Made by a program: the position numbers and the translations under genes. A stretch of 64,000 nucleotides of DNA, from positions 768,001-832,000 of the forward strand of contig OZ253545.1 of the NCBI GenBank assembly GCA_965262615.1, read 5' to 3'. This document shows, piece by piece, positions 8,176 to 18,119 of the stretch. Every line of letters begins with the position of its first letter. Within the stretch, counting starts at the first letter, position 1. This DNA comes from Alphaproteobacteria bacterium. GTDB taxonomy: Bacteria; Pseudomonadota; Alphaproteobacteria; GM7ARS4; G965262615. A model generated the notes under the pieces. The model searched no databases. It was not told where the DNA came from and saw only the letters and a list, made by a program, of their open reading frames with translations.

Positions 8176-9534
8176 ATGAAATGCAAAATTAAGGATTGGG
8201 AAATAGGCGAGTTTGACAGTCGCAAACATAAGATAAATTTTGATCCCCCATATCAAAGAACTGAGAAGGCTTGGGATGAAAAAATGCAACAGTTGTTGAT
8301 TGACTCCATCATCAATGGCTATGACATCCCTAAGATTTATCTCCACAAATTAGCGGATGGTGGGTACGATGTTATTGATGGCAAGCAACGCCTAACGGCT
8401 ATATTTCGCTTTCTTAACAATGAATTTGGACTTGCCATTGCTAAGGGGAAAAATAATGGCTTTGAACTGACTGCGCCGTCTTTAAATGATTTTGAAGCCC
8501 GAGACCCTGAGCAAGGGAATATTTTTGATGATTTATCAACAGCATGGCGCGATAAAATCATGGATTTTTCTGTTACAGTAACCATTGTTAGTGATGCTGA
8601 TGAACTGGAAGTTAAAGGCTTTTTTGCTCGCTTGAACAAAGGGAAACAAGTTAATAATACAGAGCTCAGGCGTTCAATTGGCGGGACTCTTATGAATTCA
8701 ATTAAAAGGCTGGCAAAGGATGATTTCTTCACAAAGAAAACGAAATTGTCCAATGACAGATTGATGATGGAAGATATTGCCACTAAATTTATTCTGATTG
8801 AAGATCTTGCCAATTTTTCTCATCCAGAACACAAACCGTATCAGGATTTGAAAAGGGAAGATCTTGATAAAGTTGTTAGACGCTACAAACAAGAAGAGGA
8901 TAGCCAAAAAGTCAAAACATTGGAAAAAATTAAAACATTGGAAAAAATGGCAAAATCCAATCTTCAAGTAATGAAAGATGTATTTGAAGATAATTCGCCC
9001 CTATTGGCACAAAGCTCTATTCAGCTTTATTATCTCTTTATAAGAAAAATAAAGCTTGAATATGGTCACGAAAATTTGAAAGGCTTGCTCAAGTCCTTTT
9101 TAGAGGATTTTGAGGTTGAGCGTCTGCTTGTAAGAGCCAAAACGAAAAGTGATGATGTTAAACCCGTAAATTTGAATGAGGAAGAATTGTTTCGGGAACA
9201 TAGAATACGGCGATTTATTTTAGACCAATCTAAATCCAACGATAAGAAAAGCTTGGAGCGACGAGTAGATACTCTGACAGGCTTTTTCATTGAAAAACAT
9301 CCTGATGTTTTTGTTGTTGTTCGCAAAGATGAAAAGAGGCTTTTTACAAAGGATGAAAGGTTTATCATTTTTAAGCTGAGTGGTGGAAAATGTGCCAATT
9401 GTGGAAAAATATTTAAGGATTTTTCCGACTTTGATGCTGACCATGTCATTTCATGGGCAAAGGGGGGTCCCACCACCATCGCCAATGCCCAAGCTTTGTG
9501 CAAAAGTTGCAACAGAAGCAAAGGCGCGCGCTAA
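8176..9534 (+). CDS. DUF262 (ParB-like) + C-terminal HNH endonuclease, GmrSD-like
   Basis: PPYQR..W, IDGKQRL and FARLNKG (DUF262); CANC...DADHV..GG.T..NAQALCKSCN (Zn-HNH). AT-rich, with AGGAGG RBS. Confidence 0.85.
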   Translation: MKCKIKDWEIGEFDSRKHKINFDPPYQRTEKAWDEKMQQLLIDSIINGYDIPKIYLHKLADGGYDVIDGKQRLTAIFRFLNNEFGLAIAKGKNNGFELTAPSLNDFEARDPEQGNIFDDLSTAWRDKIMDFSVTVTIVSDADELEVKGFFARLNKGKQVNNTELRRSIGGTLMNSIKRLAKDDFFTKKTKLSNDRLMMEDIATKFILIEDLANFSHPEHKPYQDLKREDLDKVVRRYKQEEDSQKVKTLEKIKTLEKMAKSNLQVMKDVFEDNSPLLAQSSIQLYYLFIRKIKLEYGHENLKGLLKSFLEDFEVERLLVRAKTKSDDVKPVNLNEEELFREHRIRRFILDQSKSNDKKSLERRVDTLTGFFIEKHPDVFVVVRKDEKRLFTKDERFIIFKLSGGKCANCGKIFKDFSDFDADHVISWAKGGPTTIANAQALCKSCNRSKGAR

Positions 9535-9584
9535 AAATCATTTTCCCCTTGGCATGATGCCGCGGTTCATTACAATACGGCATT

Positions 9585-9968
9585 ATGGGTGCATTTGGTG
9601 AAGATTTGAGGCGGCTTCATCCCGCTGATTTCAGCATCACTTTTGAGGATGTGGTGAAGCGGTTTCGTGCGGCACTGCTGGCTCAAAAGGTTGAGCTGCC
9701 CAACAAAAATGACCATGACAGGGATGAATTGCGGTGTGAGACTCATCACGCCATTCTTGATTGGGTCAATAGCAACCCAGACATAAGCCCCAGCTTTGTT
9801 GTGGGCAAAACGCCCGAGCTGTATTCAAGGGATTGCTGGCATCACCTAGACGAGATGCGAGAAACCACCATCTTCTTACTGGCTGAACATGTGCTGGTTG
9901 ATGCTCTGCACTATGAATTGATTGAATGGCTTGCCAATGGCGAGATGCCCATCACTCACACATCGTGA
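9585..9968 (+). CDS. Hypothetical protein (127 aa)
   Basis: ORF fills the gap between the HNH gene and folD. No recognised motif. Confidence 0.5.
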   Translation: MGAFGEDLRRLHPADFSITFEDVVKRFRAALLAQKVELPNKNDHDRDELRCETHHAILDWVNSNPDISPSFVVGKTPELYSRDCWHHLDEMRETTIFLLAEHVLVDALHYELIEWLANGEMPITHTS

Positions 9969-10822
9969 ATTAGTTTTGCGGCTTTCAATGTATTATGGAG
10001 TAGACAGGCGATGGTCATGGGACCGACGCCGCCGGGCACGGGGGTGATGAATTTCGCGCGCTTCACCGCCTCATCAAAATTCACATCTCCCACGAGGCGT
10101 TTTTTGCCATTTTCTTCAATGCGATTGATTCCCACATCCAACACACACGCGCCCTCTTTGATCCAATCGCCCCGCACCATGCGTGGTCTGCCCACGGCTG
10201 CCACCAGAATATCGGCGGAGCGACACAACTCGGGCAAATCGCGCGTGCGGGAATGGGCAATGGTGACGGTCGCCGATTCTTTCAGCAACAACGCCGCCAT
10301 CGGTTTGCCCACAATGTTGGAGCGTCCCACGATGACGGCATTCTTGCCGCTGAGATCCCCCAGTGCATCCTTTGCCATCATCCAGCATCCCAGAGGCGTG
10401 CACGGAATCAAGCCCTCCAAGCCGCTCCACAGACGACCGGTATTGACGGGATGAAAGCCATCAACATCCTTATCCGCCACAATGGTATTCAAAACCAACG
10501 CCTCATCAATATGAGAGGGCAACGGCAACTGCACCAAAATACCATGCACACCTGCATCATCATTGAGACTTTGCACAAGGGCGAGCAGTGTTTTCTCATC
10601 GGTGTCATCGGGCAGACGATGCTCAAAGGAGTTCATGCCCGCCTGTTTTGTCTCCCGCACCTTGTTACGCACATAGACTTCGCTGGCGGGATTCTCTCCC
10701 ACCAGCACCACCGCCAAACCGGGCGTGATGCCATGCTTTTTGTGCAACGCGCCCACTTCCGTGCCCACCGTATCACACAGCGAGCGGGCAATCTGTTTGC
10801 CATCAATAATGGTGGCACTCAT
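9956..10822 (-). CDS. folD: Bifunctional methylene-THF dehydrogenase/cyclohydrolase
   Basis: [31 protein letters not shown] and [13 protein letters not shown]. Confidence 0.97.
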   Translation of the reverse strand: MSATIIDGKQIARSLCDTVGTEVGALHKKHGITPGLAVVLVGENPASEVYVRNKVRETKQAGMNSFEHRLPDDTDEKTLLALVQSLNDDAGVHGILVQLPLPSHIDEALVLNTIVADKDVDGFHPVNTGRLWSGLEGLIPCTPLGCWMMAKDALGDLSGKNAVIVGRSNIVGKPMAALLLKESATVTIAHSRTRDLPELCRSADILVAAVGRPRMVRGDWIKEGACVLDVGINRIEENGKKRLVGDVNFDEAVKRAKFITPVPGGVGPMTIACLLHNTLKAAKLIHDV

Positions 10823-11112
10823 GGCATCATTCCTTGCATGAGGGCAGCATAGAGCAGGTCGCGCACAAAAACAATCACAATCACCGCCGCCACAGGGCTG
10901 ATATCAACGCCATTGATGAGCGGAATGGCGCGCCGAAACGGTGATAAAATCCCATCACCCAGACGACACAGCACATCACACAGCTGGTATAAAAAACGGA
11001 CTTCATCAACCACCCGTGATAGCAACAGCCAGTGCGCCAAAACCGATAAAATCACCACCCACAAGGCAAGAGATAAAATCGTATCAACCATATGGAAGAG
11101 AGCCAGCATCAT
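10819..11112 (-). CDS. yggT: YggT family membrane protein
   Basis: PFRRAIP..GVDISP motif, directly upstream of folD as in many alphaproteobacteria. Confidence 0.85.
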   Translation of the reverse strand: MMLALFHMVDTILSLALWVVILSVLAHWLLLSRVVDEVRFLYQLCDVLCRLGDGILSPFRRAIPLINGVDISPVAAVIVIVFVRDLLYAALMQGMMP

Positions 11113-11157
11113 GTGTTATGTTGTAGTTTGAGTTGGCTCATCAAGCAAGAGACCACG

Positions 11158-11577
11158 ATGACGCAAAATCACTATTACGACCTCTTTATCAAAGACCTCA
11201 CCGTCTCCACCTGCATCGGCGTCAATGAGGACGAGCAGGGCGCGCCGCAGCGTCTTGTCATCACCATTCACATGCTGGCACACGATGAATGCACCCACAG
11301 CAACGACCAATTGGCGCGCGTGGTGTGTTATAATTCGGTGGTGGAGGATATGCACCAATTGCTTGCCCGCCGTGCTCAGCGTGGCTTGCTAGAGACATTG
11401 GCGGCGGAGATGATGGATCATATTTTGCAAGATGAGCGCATTGTGGCGGTGCGATTGCGTTTGGAGAAGCCCGATGTGCGCCCCGATGCGCGAGCGGTGG
11501 GAATTGCGTGCCATCGCATCAAGCCTCATGTGGATGAGGCACTGTGCCATCGGTTGTGGGCGAGTCATCGTGGGTGA
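11158..11577 (+). CDS. folB: Dihydroneopterin aldolase
   Basis: IGVNEDE..PQRL, VCY, LLETLA and RLEKP motifs. Confidence 0.85.
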   Translation: MTQNHYYDLFIKDLTVSTCIGVNEDEQGAPQRLVITIHMLAHDECTHSNDQLARVVCYNSVVEDMHQLLARRAQRGLLETLAAEMMDHILQDERIVAVRLRLEKPDVRPDARAVGIACHRIKPHVDEALCHRLWASHRG

Positions 11578-12235
11578 TGCGTGGATTATCAAAATTGGCG
11601 GCTCGCTGGCATCCCATCGCTTGCTGACGGCATGGCTGACGGCATCATGCACGGCGGCACGGGTGCGTCCTGTGGTGATTGTCGCGGGAGGCGGCGTGTT
11701 TGCCCGTGCCTTTCAGCCTCTGCAACAGACCCACGCCATCTCTATGGAGGATAGCCATCACCTTGCCATCGCTGCCACCGAACTCTATGGACAATTTTTG
11801 ACGGTGCTCAATCCCATCATCAAGAAGGCGCGCAACCGAGACGAGATGATGCAAGCCGCGGTGGAAAAGCGTCCTGCATTGTTGTTGCCTTCCGAGTTAT
11901 TGCGTCAGCACTCCATGCCTCCTCATTGGCAGGTGACTTCCGACTCCATTGCCGCATTGTGTGCTCGCTATGTGGAGGCGGCGGCGTTGTTTTTTGTCAA
12001 AGCGCGCGCTGCGCCCGGCAAACGGGTTTCTCTGGCTCAATTGCAGAGTGACCAATTGCTGGATCGCGGTGTGAGTTTGCACGCGCCATCGGTGTGTTCT
12101 TGGATGTGTCTGTGTGTGGATGATGTCAATCACTGTTCCGCTTTGGCAACGGGGGATGGACAAGAAGCCGCAAGCGTTGCATCCGTCATTGATACTGACC
12201 ATTATCTTGAGTGGCAGGAGATGAATGATGGCTAA
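11570..12235 (+). CDS. Amino-acid-kinase family protein, MfnE/Orf21-like (methanofuran pathway)
   Basis: IIKIGGSL, VAGGGVFA, SHHLAI and HWQVTSDSIAA, in H4MPT/methanofuran cluster context. GTG start at 11570. Confidence 0.75.
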   Translation: MGDAWIIKIGGSLASHRLLTAWLTASCTAARVRPVVIVAGGGVFARAFQPLQQTHAISMEDSHHLAIAATELYGQFLTVLNPIIKKARNRDEMMQAAVEKRPALLLPSELLRQHSMPPHWQVTSDSIAALCARYVEAAALFFVKARAAPGKRVSLAQLQSDQLLDRGVSLHAPSVCSWMCLCVDDVNHCSALATGDGQEAASVASVIDTDHYLEWQEMNDG

Positions 12236-12773
12236 AACACAGCAGCAGCGATGGGCATGGGCACTCACGGGCTCGGGGCATTTTTTTCAAGAGACATTTG
12301 AGATTATTGCCTCATTGCCTGAGGTGGATGTGTTCATGAGTCCTGCCGCCGATGAATTGCTGTCCATGTATCGGGTGCGTGACAGTCTGCCGTCTCATGT
12401 GCGAATTTTTCGCGACTCCACTGCGTCTGCCGTGCCTGTGGGGCGGTTTTATGAAAATCTCTATCACACATTGGTGATGGCGCCCGTCTCTAGTAATACT
12501 GTTGCCAAATGTGTGTATGGCATATCGGATTCATTGGTGAGCAATGTTTTTGCTCAGGCGGGCAAGTGTCGTGTGGAGTGTGTGGTGTTTCCTTGTGACA
12601 CGGCACAAGAATTGATATCGGCGGCGCCCAAAGGAGATGTGACCGTTTATCCGCGCGCCATTGACCTTGATAATGTGACGCGCCTGCAGGCGTTTGAACG
12701 CACGCGAGTGGCATTGTCATTTGCGAATTTTCGTCAATTGATTGCGCACCGGGCAGATGAGATGGCATCATGA
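12225..12773 (+). CDS. Archaeal-type flavoprotein AfpA / dihydromethanopterin reductase (DmrB-like)
   Basis: WALTGSGH, APVSSNTVAKCVYGISDSL, AQAGKCRV and YPRAIDL. Confidence 0.8.
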   Translation: MMAKTQQQRWAWALTGSGHFFQETFEIIASLPEVDVFMSPAADELLSMYRVRDSLPSHVRIFRDSTASAVPVGRFYENLYHTLVMAPVSSNTVAKCVYGISDSLVSNVFAQAGKCRVECVVFPCDTAQELISAAPKGDVTVYPRAIDLDNVTRLQAFERTRVALSFANFRQLIAHRADEMAS

Positions 12774-14116
12774 GCAAGAATCGTTTTCTTTTTCTCACGG
12801 GGCATCTGGTGCATGAGCCACTGTGTGCATTGGCTGAGCGGCTGCCTGATGACGAATTCATGTGGGAGGTGCGAGATATGGGGGTGCAGGTGGCATCGCT
12901 CATGACCAATAGTGTCATCAAGAGACGCTTGACCGACCTTGATGATGTGTCTCACATCATGCTGCCGGGCTTGATGCGCGGTGAGACGGAAGAGCTGCGT
13001 CAGCATTTTGGCGTGACGGTGGTGCGCGGTCCCGATGATTTTCGTGACATTCCGCAGTGGCTGGGTGCGCCGCCGCCTGTGGTTGATTTGGGAGAGCATG
13101 ACTGTCTTATTTTTGCGGAAATCACCGATGCGCCATTGCTTGCGCCGCAGGACATTCTTGCCACGGCTCGTGTCTTTGCGGCACAGGGTGCTGATGTCAT
13201 TGATGTGGGGTGCTTGCCTGATGTTGCCTTTGACCATTTGGAAAGCGTCATTGCGCTGTTGTGCGATGATGGACACACGGTGAGCATTGATTCGGCTGAT
13301 TATGATGACCTGAGGCGCGGCGTGGCGGCGGGGGCATCGTATATTTTGAGCCTGCATGAAGGCACGGTGGCAAAAGCTCATGAGGATGGGCTGATTCCCC
13401 AAGCCACGCCCATTCTCATTCCCCAAGCGGGGGAGGATATGGATTCTCTTGAGCGCGCCATTGCGTGGTGTCATGCGCGCACGATTGAGTGTCTTGCCGA
13501 CCCTATTCTGACGCCTCTGCCACAGGGGTTGATGAATTCGTTGGTGCGTTATCATCAATTGCGGCAGCGTCATGAGTCAGTTCCCATCTTTATGGGAGTT
13601 GGCAATGTGACGGAGCTGCACGATGCCGATTCTGCGGGTGTGGTGTCACTGTTGATGGGGGTGGCTGCCGAATTGAATGTGGCGGGCGTGTTGATGGTGG
13701 CGGTGAGTCCTCACTGTCGGCGCGCCATTGCTGAGGCGGACAGAGCCCGCCGTATTCATCATTATGCCCGCCGTCATCAGTGTCTGTCCGTGCGCATTGA
13801 TGACGGACTCATGGCGTTGCACGATAAAAAACCCGCATGGCAAGAGCCTCATGCCATTGAGGCGATGGCGAAAAAAATTACCGACCCCAACTATCGCATC
13901 ATGCTGAGCTCGGAGGGCATTCATGTGTTTAACCGAGACATTTACATTGTGGCACAAAGCGTGGATGATGCCTTTGACCAGCTGCAGATGAGCTTCGACC
14001 TCTCTCATGCTTATTATATGGGCGTGCAATTGGCGCGAGCGGAAATAGCGTGGCGGCTTGGCAAAAATTATCAGCAGGATCAAGACCTTCACTGGGGCGT
14101 GGCGGTGTCATCATGA
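12770..14116 (+). CDS. Dihydropteroate-synthase-like protein (Orf20 of H4MPT biosynthesis)
   Basis: FLTGHL, VQVASLMT, IFAEI.DAP, GADVIDVG, SIDS, DPIL.P, GNVTEL.DADS and HAYYMG..LARAEIAW.LGK.Y.QD. Confidence 0.85.
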   Translation: MSKNRFLFLTGHLVHEPLCALAERLPDDEFMWEVRDMGVQVASLMTNSVIKRRLTDLDDVSHIMLPGLMRGETEELRQHFGVTVVRGPDDFRDIPQWLGAPPPVVDLGEHDCLIFAEITDAPLLAPQDILATARVFAAQGADVIDVGCLPDVAFDHLESVIALLCDDGHTVSIDSADYDDLRRGVAAGASYILSLHEGTVAKAHEDGLIPQATPILIPQAGEDMDSLERAIAWCHARTIECLADPILTPLPQGLMNSLVRYHQLRQRHESVPIFMGVGNVTELHDADSAGVVSLLMGVAAELNVAGVLMVAVSPHCRRAIAEADRARRIHHYARRHQCLSVRIDDGLMALHDKKPAWQEPHAIEAMAKKITDPNYRIMLSSEGIHVFNRDIYIVAQSVDDAFDQLQMSFDLSHAYYMGVQLARAEIAWRLGKNYQQDQDLHWGVAVSS

Positions 14117-14703
14117 GTTGTATTTTTGAGGGCATTGTCACCACGCTGGACGATGACGCATCGCCCTATCACGCGCCCTTTGGCATTGTGATGGAACAAT
14201 CCCTTGTGCGGATTGCGCCGTTTCGTCCGTCTCGCAGTTTGGATTTTTTGCTCACCAGACGGTGCGCCGTTTTTAACATGACCGACCATCCGTTGATTTT
14301 TGCGGGATGTTTGACGGGGCGTAAAATATTTGATGTCACCCCCGCCGTCACCATTGAGGGGTTTGGGCTCGCCGCCGCCGTCAGACGTTTGGAATTGCAA
14401 TTGGAAAATGTGGTGGAGGATGAGACGCGTCCCAAGTTATTTTTTCGCATTCGCCATGAGACAAAAGGTGCGGCATGGGAGGGGCATCATCGGGGGCGGG
14501 CGGCGATTATTGAGGCATGCGTCTTACTATCACGCCTGCATATTCTGCCGTCTCAACAGGTTGAGGACACCATGCACCGCCTCGCCGACATCGTGCAGCG
14601 CACCGCAGGCAAGGAAGAAAAGACCGCATGGCAATGGCTGGAAGCGCATCATCAACAATGGAAAGAAAAACATGGCTCGGTTGCTGGTCAGTGTGCAAAA
14701 TAA
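14113..14703 (+). CDS. DUF447 family protein (Orf19 of H4MPT clusters)
   Basis: FEGIVTT, APFG, APFRPS and AIIEACVLLSRLHIL. ATGA overlap with the previous stop. Confidence 0.8.
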   Translation: MSCIFEGIVTTLDDDASPYHAPFGIVMEQSLVRIAPFRPSRSLDFLLTRRCAVFNMTDHPLIFAGCLTGRKIFDVTPAVTIEGFGLAAAVRRLELQLENVVEDETRPKLFFRIRHETKGAAWEGHHRGRAAIIEACVLLSRLHILPSQQVEDTMHRLADIVQRTAGKEEKTAWQWLEAHHQQWKEKHGSVAGQCAK

Positions 14704-15415
14704 ACACGAAGCCGTCATGGCTCATGAGGCGGGGGTTGTCATGATTGATGCCAAAGATGCGGCGCGTGGCAGCTTTGCCCCTTGTGACCTCACCACCTTG
14801 CAAGACATCGCGCGCGTCTGTCCCCATGCCACCTTGAGCGCGGCGTTGGGACCATGTTTTTCTCAAGATGAAGTCAATTCTTGTCGGCAGCTGGAGCTTG
14901 AGGTGGCACAGAAGGAAACATTTTCCTTTGGCAAAATCGCCTATGATGATTCGTTTAATGAGTGCATGACATCGGCTGTATCGTCATCATCATCCTTGCG
15001 GCGCATTGCGTTGGTGTGTGTGGATTGCGTCTCATCATCTCGTGATGAAGAATTTGTCATCCACGCCCATCGGCACGGCTTTGCGGGGGTGATGATGGAC
15101 ACATGGCACAAAAATCATGGTGACTTGTTGCGGCATCGCTCCCTTGAGCAATTGCGTCATTTTATCGCCGCCGCGCATGGGTTGGGTCTTTTGTGTGGTT
15201 TGGCGGGAGGATTGTCATCGCCGCAGTTGATTTTTTTGGCGCGTCACACCGCAGTGGATTATGTGGGGACACGCGGGGGCGTTTGTGAAGGGACGCGCGA
15301 GGGCATCATTGATGCGCCGCGCGTGGCATCCTTGAACAAACAAATCAATGAAACGGCGGGAGCTGCCCCATTGATGGCGGCACCATCGCCACAGGACGCA
15401 CTCACCTCGTCATGA
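14672..15415 (+). CDS. mfnB: (5-formylfuran-3-yl)methyl phosphate synthase (MfnB/Orf22)
   Basis: LLVSV, IDAK..RGS, SAALG, GKI, MMDT..K, CGLAGGL and YVGTRG (DUF556 TIM barrel with conserved lysines). Confidence 0.75.
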   Translation: MARLLVSVQNKHEAVMAHEAGVVMIDAKDAARGSFAPCDLTTLQDIARVCPHATLSAALGPCFSQDEVNSCRQLELEVAQKETFSFGKIAYDDSFNECMTSAVSSSSSLRRIALVCVDCVSSSRDEEFVIHAHRHGFAGVMMDTWHKNHGDLLRHRSLEQLRHFIAAAHGLGLLCGLAGGLSSPQLIFLARHTAVDYVGTRGGVCEGTREGIIDAPRVASLNKQINETAGAAPLMAAPSPQDALTSS

Positions 15416-16332
15416 AATGAGCGATAGCGACACTTCAAATCGTCCGCCACCTCGCGAATGAGAAAATCCCCAATGCCACACCCCACAATGACGCTGTTGT
15501 CTTTGAGCAGTGGATGCAGGCATTGCTTGATGTCATTTTTGCACAGTTCCTTGAATGCGTGTGCCAGTGCAAGGGCATCTTCGTGAGTGACGGCGGCGGC
15601 ATCACACCCCACCATGCGAAGCATGCGCCGAATGCTGTCTTGCTGAGTTTTGGGCTTGCCATCGCAGGTGTCCCATTGGTCGTATTCTTCGGGCAGTGTG
15701 CCCAGAATGCGAAAAACATCGGCGGTGGTGGCAAAGTGTTCCGCCATCAACGAAATGGTCTCCCCGCGCCACGCAATGTGGGATGCCAGAGCCATCAGAG
15801 GTGTGCGAATGACACCGCGATAAACAAGCAACTTGCGCCGCAGGCGATCAAAATCACTGAGAGGAGCGTTGTCATGAAGGGGATGGCAATCGGTGGTGGT
15901 GCTGCCGCAATCCACCATCACGGTGGAAGGATTCTGTGCAAAGCGATGGCGAAGCCAGCTCATCGTGGCGTGCCAATTCATTGAGGCAATACAATCGGGC
16001 GAGATCGTGTCATCGCTGCTGACAAATCCCTTGTCACTGGCATAGATTAAAAGCGGCTGCACCATCTGTGTCATTTGTTTGATAATTTGCCTCACGCCCT
16101 CATGGCGTGAGGCAAAGCAATCTGCCATCTCGCCGCTCATGGTGAGCAAGTGGGTGGCGGATTGGTCATCGTCCCATTGTTGCAACAGGGGTTTGACGGT
16201 GCTGGTGAGCAGAGCGGCATCGCGCCACAGGGCACAGGGATATTGCGCCGCATGCAATGTGTCGTCATGTTTGTGCCAGCGCGCCACTTTGATGTGCGCA
16301 CCGCCGATGTCCCATGCGATGAGGCTGGTCAT
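15259..16332 (-). CDS. Hydantoinase/oxoprolinase-family H4MPT-linked protein (MfnF/Orf9-like)
   Basis: WDIGGAHIK, TMSGEMADCF...EGV, ASMNWHA, DCGSTTTD, GVIRTP and AEHFAT.AD. Confidence 0.85.
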   Translation of the reverse strand: MTSLIAWDIGGAHIKVARWHKHDDTLHAAQYPCALWRDAALLTSTVKPLLQQWDDDQSATHLLTMSGEMADCFASRHEGVRQIIKQMTQMVQPLLIYASDKGFVSSDDTISPDCIASMNWHATMSWLRHRFAQNPSTVMVDCGSTTTDCHPLHDNAPLSDFDRLRRKLLVYRGVIRTPLMALASHIAWRGETISLMAEHFATTADVFRILGTLPEEYDQWDTCDGKPKTQQDSIRRMLRMVGCDAAAVTHEDALALAHAFKELCKNDIKQCLHPLLKDNSVIVGCGIGDFLIREVADDLKCRYRSFHDEVSASCGDGAAINGAAPAVSLICLFKDATRGASMMPSRVPSQTPPRVPT

Positions 16333-17249
16333 GTGAGGTAGAGCCTCGCCCAATCGGGCGGCAAATCAACAATTGAAGTGGTGATGCGGGCATTGATATC
16401 CGCCACCCACCATCGCTCGTCTTGTTCAATCACATCCACCCCCACCATGCCACTGAGCGGCATGACCGCTCCCATCGTGCGTGCCAGTTGCTCGCCTTTG
16501 GCGCGTGCCTCATCATCACCGATGGCGACATCAATGGTTTGCAGAGTCATGCGTCCTTGTCCATCGGTCACCATGTGCTGGCGATTGACGGCAAGACAGG
16601 TGACGCGTTCCGCACCATAAAACAATGAAAGACTCAATGTGTCCCCCGCCATGAAGGGTGTGGCAATCCAATGGACATGATCATCGGCATCGTGCGGCGG
16701 GCGAAACGCGCGGCAATCACGGTCGCTCACATGAACATTAAAAAGACACCCCGCGCCGTCATCAGGCTTGATGACCCACCCCGCAGCGTTTGGTCGTGAG
16801 GGCAGTGCGTACACATCATAGACGGGAATCATATCAAGGTGGGCTGAGAGGTGTTTATAGCTGCGCTTTTTGCTACTGGCAATATTGATGGATGTCTTAT
16901 CACTGAGCCACAGACGACAAGAGGCGGGTGCAATATCGCAACATGAGAGCAGCGCGCCATCGGTCTCTGGCGCAATGGGCAACAGGGCATCATACTGATG
17001 GCAATGCTTGCGCCATTGCTCAAAAGGATTGTCATCGTGAATCATGACGGCGGCATCTTCATGAGCAGGATGCGGCGGCAGGCGATCATCACGGCTATAG
17101 CCGAGCGTGATGTCGTGCTGGCGAAATTCACGCAGCAGCGCGCCCAGCATGGCATCGCCCTCGGCAAGCAAGGATGGCGGCACGAGCTCTTGTCTCATGC
17201 CGCCGCCCCCCACATACTCCACGATGAAGAGTTTTGTCGGTTTTGTCAT
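16329..17249 (-). CDS. ATP-grasp ligase, MfnD/Orf1-like (tyramine-glutamate ligase family)
   Basis: EYVGGGG, LLAEGDAM, IAPETDG, KPDDGAG, SLSL, VNRQ, GMVGVD and DINARITTS. Confidence 0.8.
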   Translation of the reverse strand: MTKPTKLFIVEYVGGGGMRQELVPPSLLAEGDAMLGALLREFRQHDITLGYSRDDRLPPHPAHEDAAVMIHDDNPFEQWRKHCHQYDALLPIAPETDGALLSCCDIAPASCRLWLSDKTSINIASSKKRSYKHLSAHLDMIPVYDVYALPSRPNAAGWVIKPDDGAGCLFNVHVSDRDCRAFRPPHDADDHVHWIATPFMAGDTLSLSLFYGAERVTCLAVNRQHMVTDGQGRMTLQTIDVAIGDDEARAKGEQLARTMGAVMPLSGMVGVDVIEQDERWWVADINARITTSIVDLPPDWARLYLT

Positions 17250-17260
17250 TGGAGAAATCA

Positions 17261-17965
17261 TTGACGCACTTTAACAGAGAGGATTTTTTTGTGGTAGCGG
17301 TGCTGGACGCGCGTCATCGCTGTGTGGTCAAGGCGAATGCGGCGCGTGGGCGGGGCGGATACTATCCATTGCGCCATCATGCTATTGCCTTGCCCACCAC
17401 CGAACGGGTGGTGGATTATTTTCACAAAATGGGAATCAGGAAATTTTATCTTGCCGAATTGACCATGATTCGCGATGGCATCACGCGCCGCCAAGCTTCT
17501 GCGGTCATGCGTCTGGCGCGCCGTCTCCGACATTGCGAATTTTGGCTGGACGGCGGATTTCGTGTCTGGCAGGATGCTCGTTATTTTTTGCCGCAGCGCA
17601 ACATTCATATCATCGCCGCCAGTGAGACTTTGCGCGCCATGCGTCAGTATGATGTGCTACGGCGCATGTTTGGCACGCGGCTCATTGTGTCACTGGACTA
17701 TGAAGCCCATGGACGCTTGCGCGGTCTGGATGCCTTGCGTCTTGCCTCATCCGTGTGGTGGAAACAGCGAGTGATTGTCATGGCATTAAGATTGATTGGC
17801 ACAGCCCGTGGCATGAAATCATCGCCTCTTTGCACATTGCGCGTGCATGGACGCTCTGTGATCCTCATTCAAGGCGGCGGTGTGCGATGCGCGCAAGATG
17901 TGGATTTTCTCAAAACGCACAACGCCAAAGGCGCACTCATCGCCAGTGCATTGTATGAAACATAA
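17261..17965 (+). CDS. HisA/HisF-related TIM-barrel protein (Orf17-like), divergent
   Basis: VLD...VV, WLDGG, ASETL, VSLD, VIVMAL..IG, GGGVR and GALIASALY. TTG start with GGAG RBS. Confidence 0.7.
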   Translation: MTHFNREDFFVVAVLDARHRCVVKANAARGRGGYYPLRHHAIALPTTERVVDYFHKMGIRKFYLAELTMIRDGITRRQASAVMRLARRLRHCEFWLDGGFRVWQDARYFLPQRNIHIIAASETLRAMRQYDVLRRMFGTRLIVSLDYEAHGRLRGLDALRLASSVWWKQRVIVMALRLIGTARGMKSSPLCTLRVHGRSVILIQGGGVRCAQDVDFLKTHNAKGALIASALYET

Positions 17966-18119
17966 TATTTCTTTTGCTGTTATCTTGACACTCTTTTCTT
18001 TTATTACATAATGATTTTGCAGGTGGTTCGCTTCTCAAGGCTGGGATGTCCGACACCTGCCAATTTGTTGTGAACGGTGCATGATTTTTTTTGAAACGGA
18101 ACGGTTCATCGCCGAAAGG

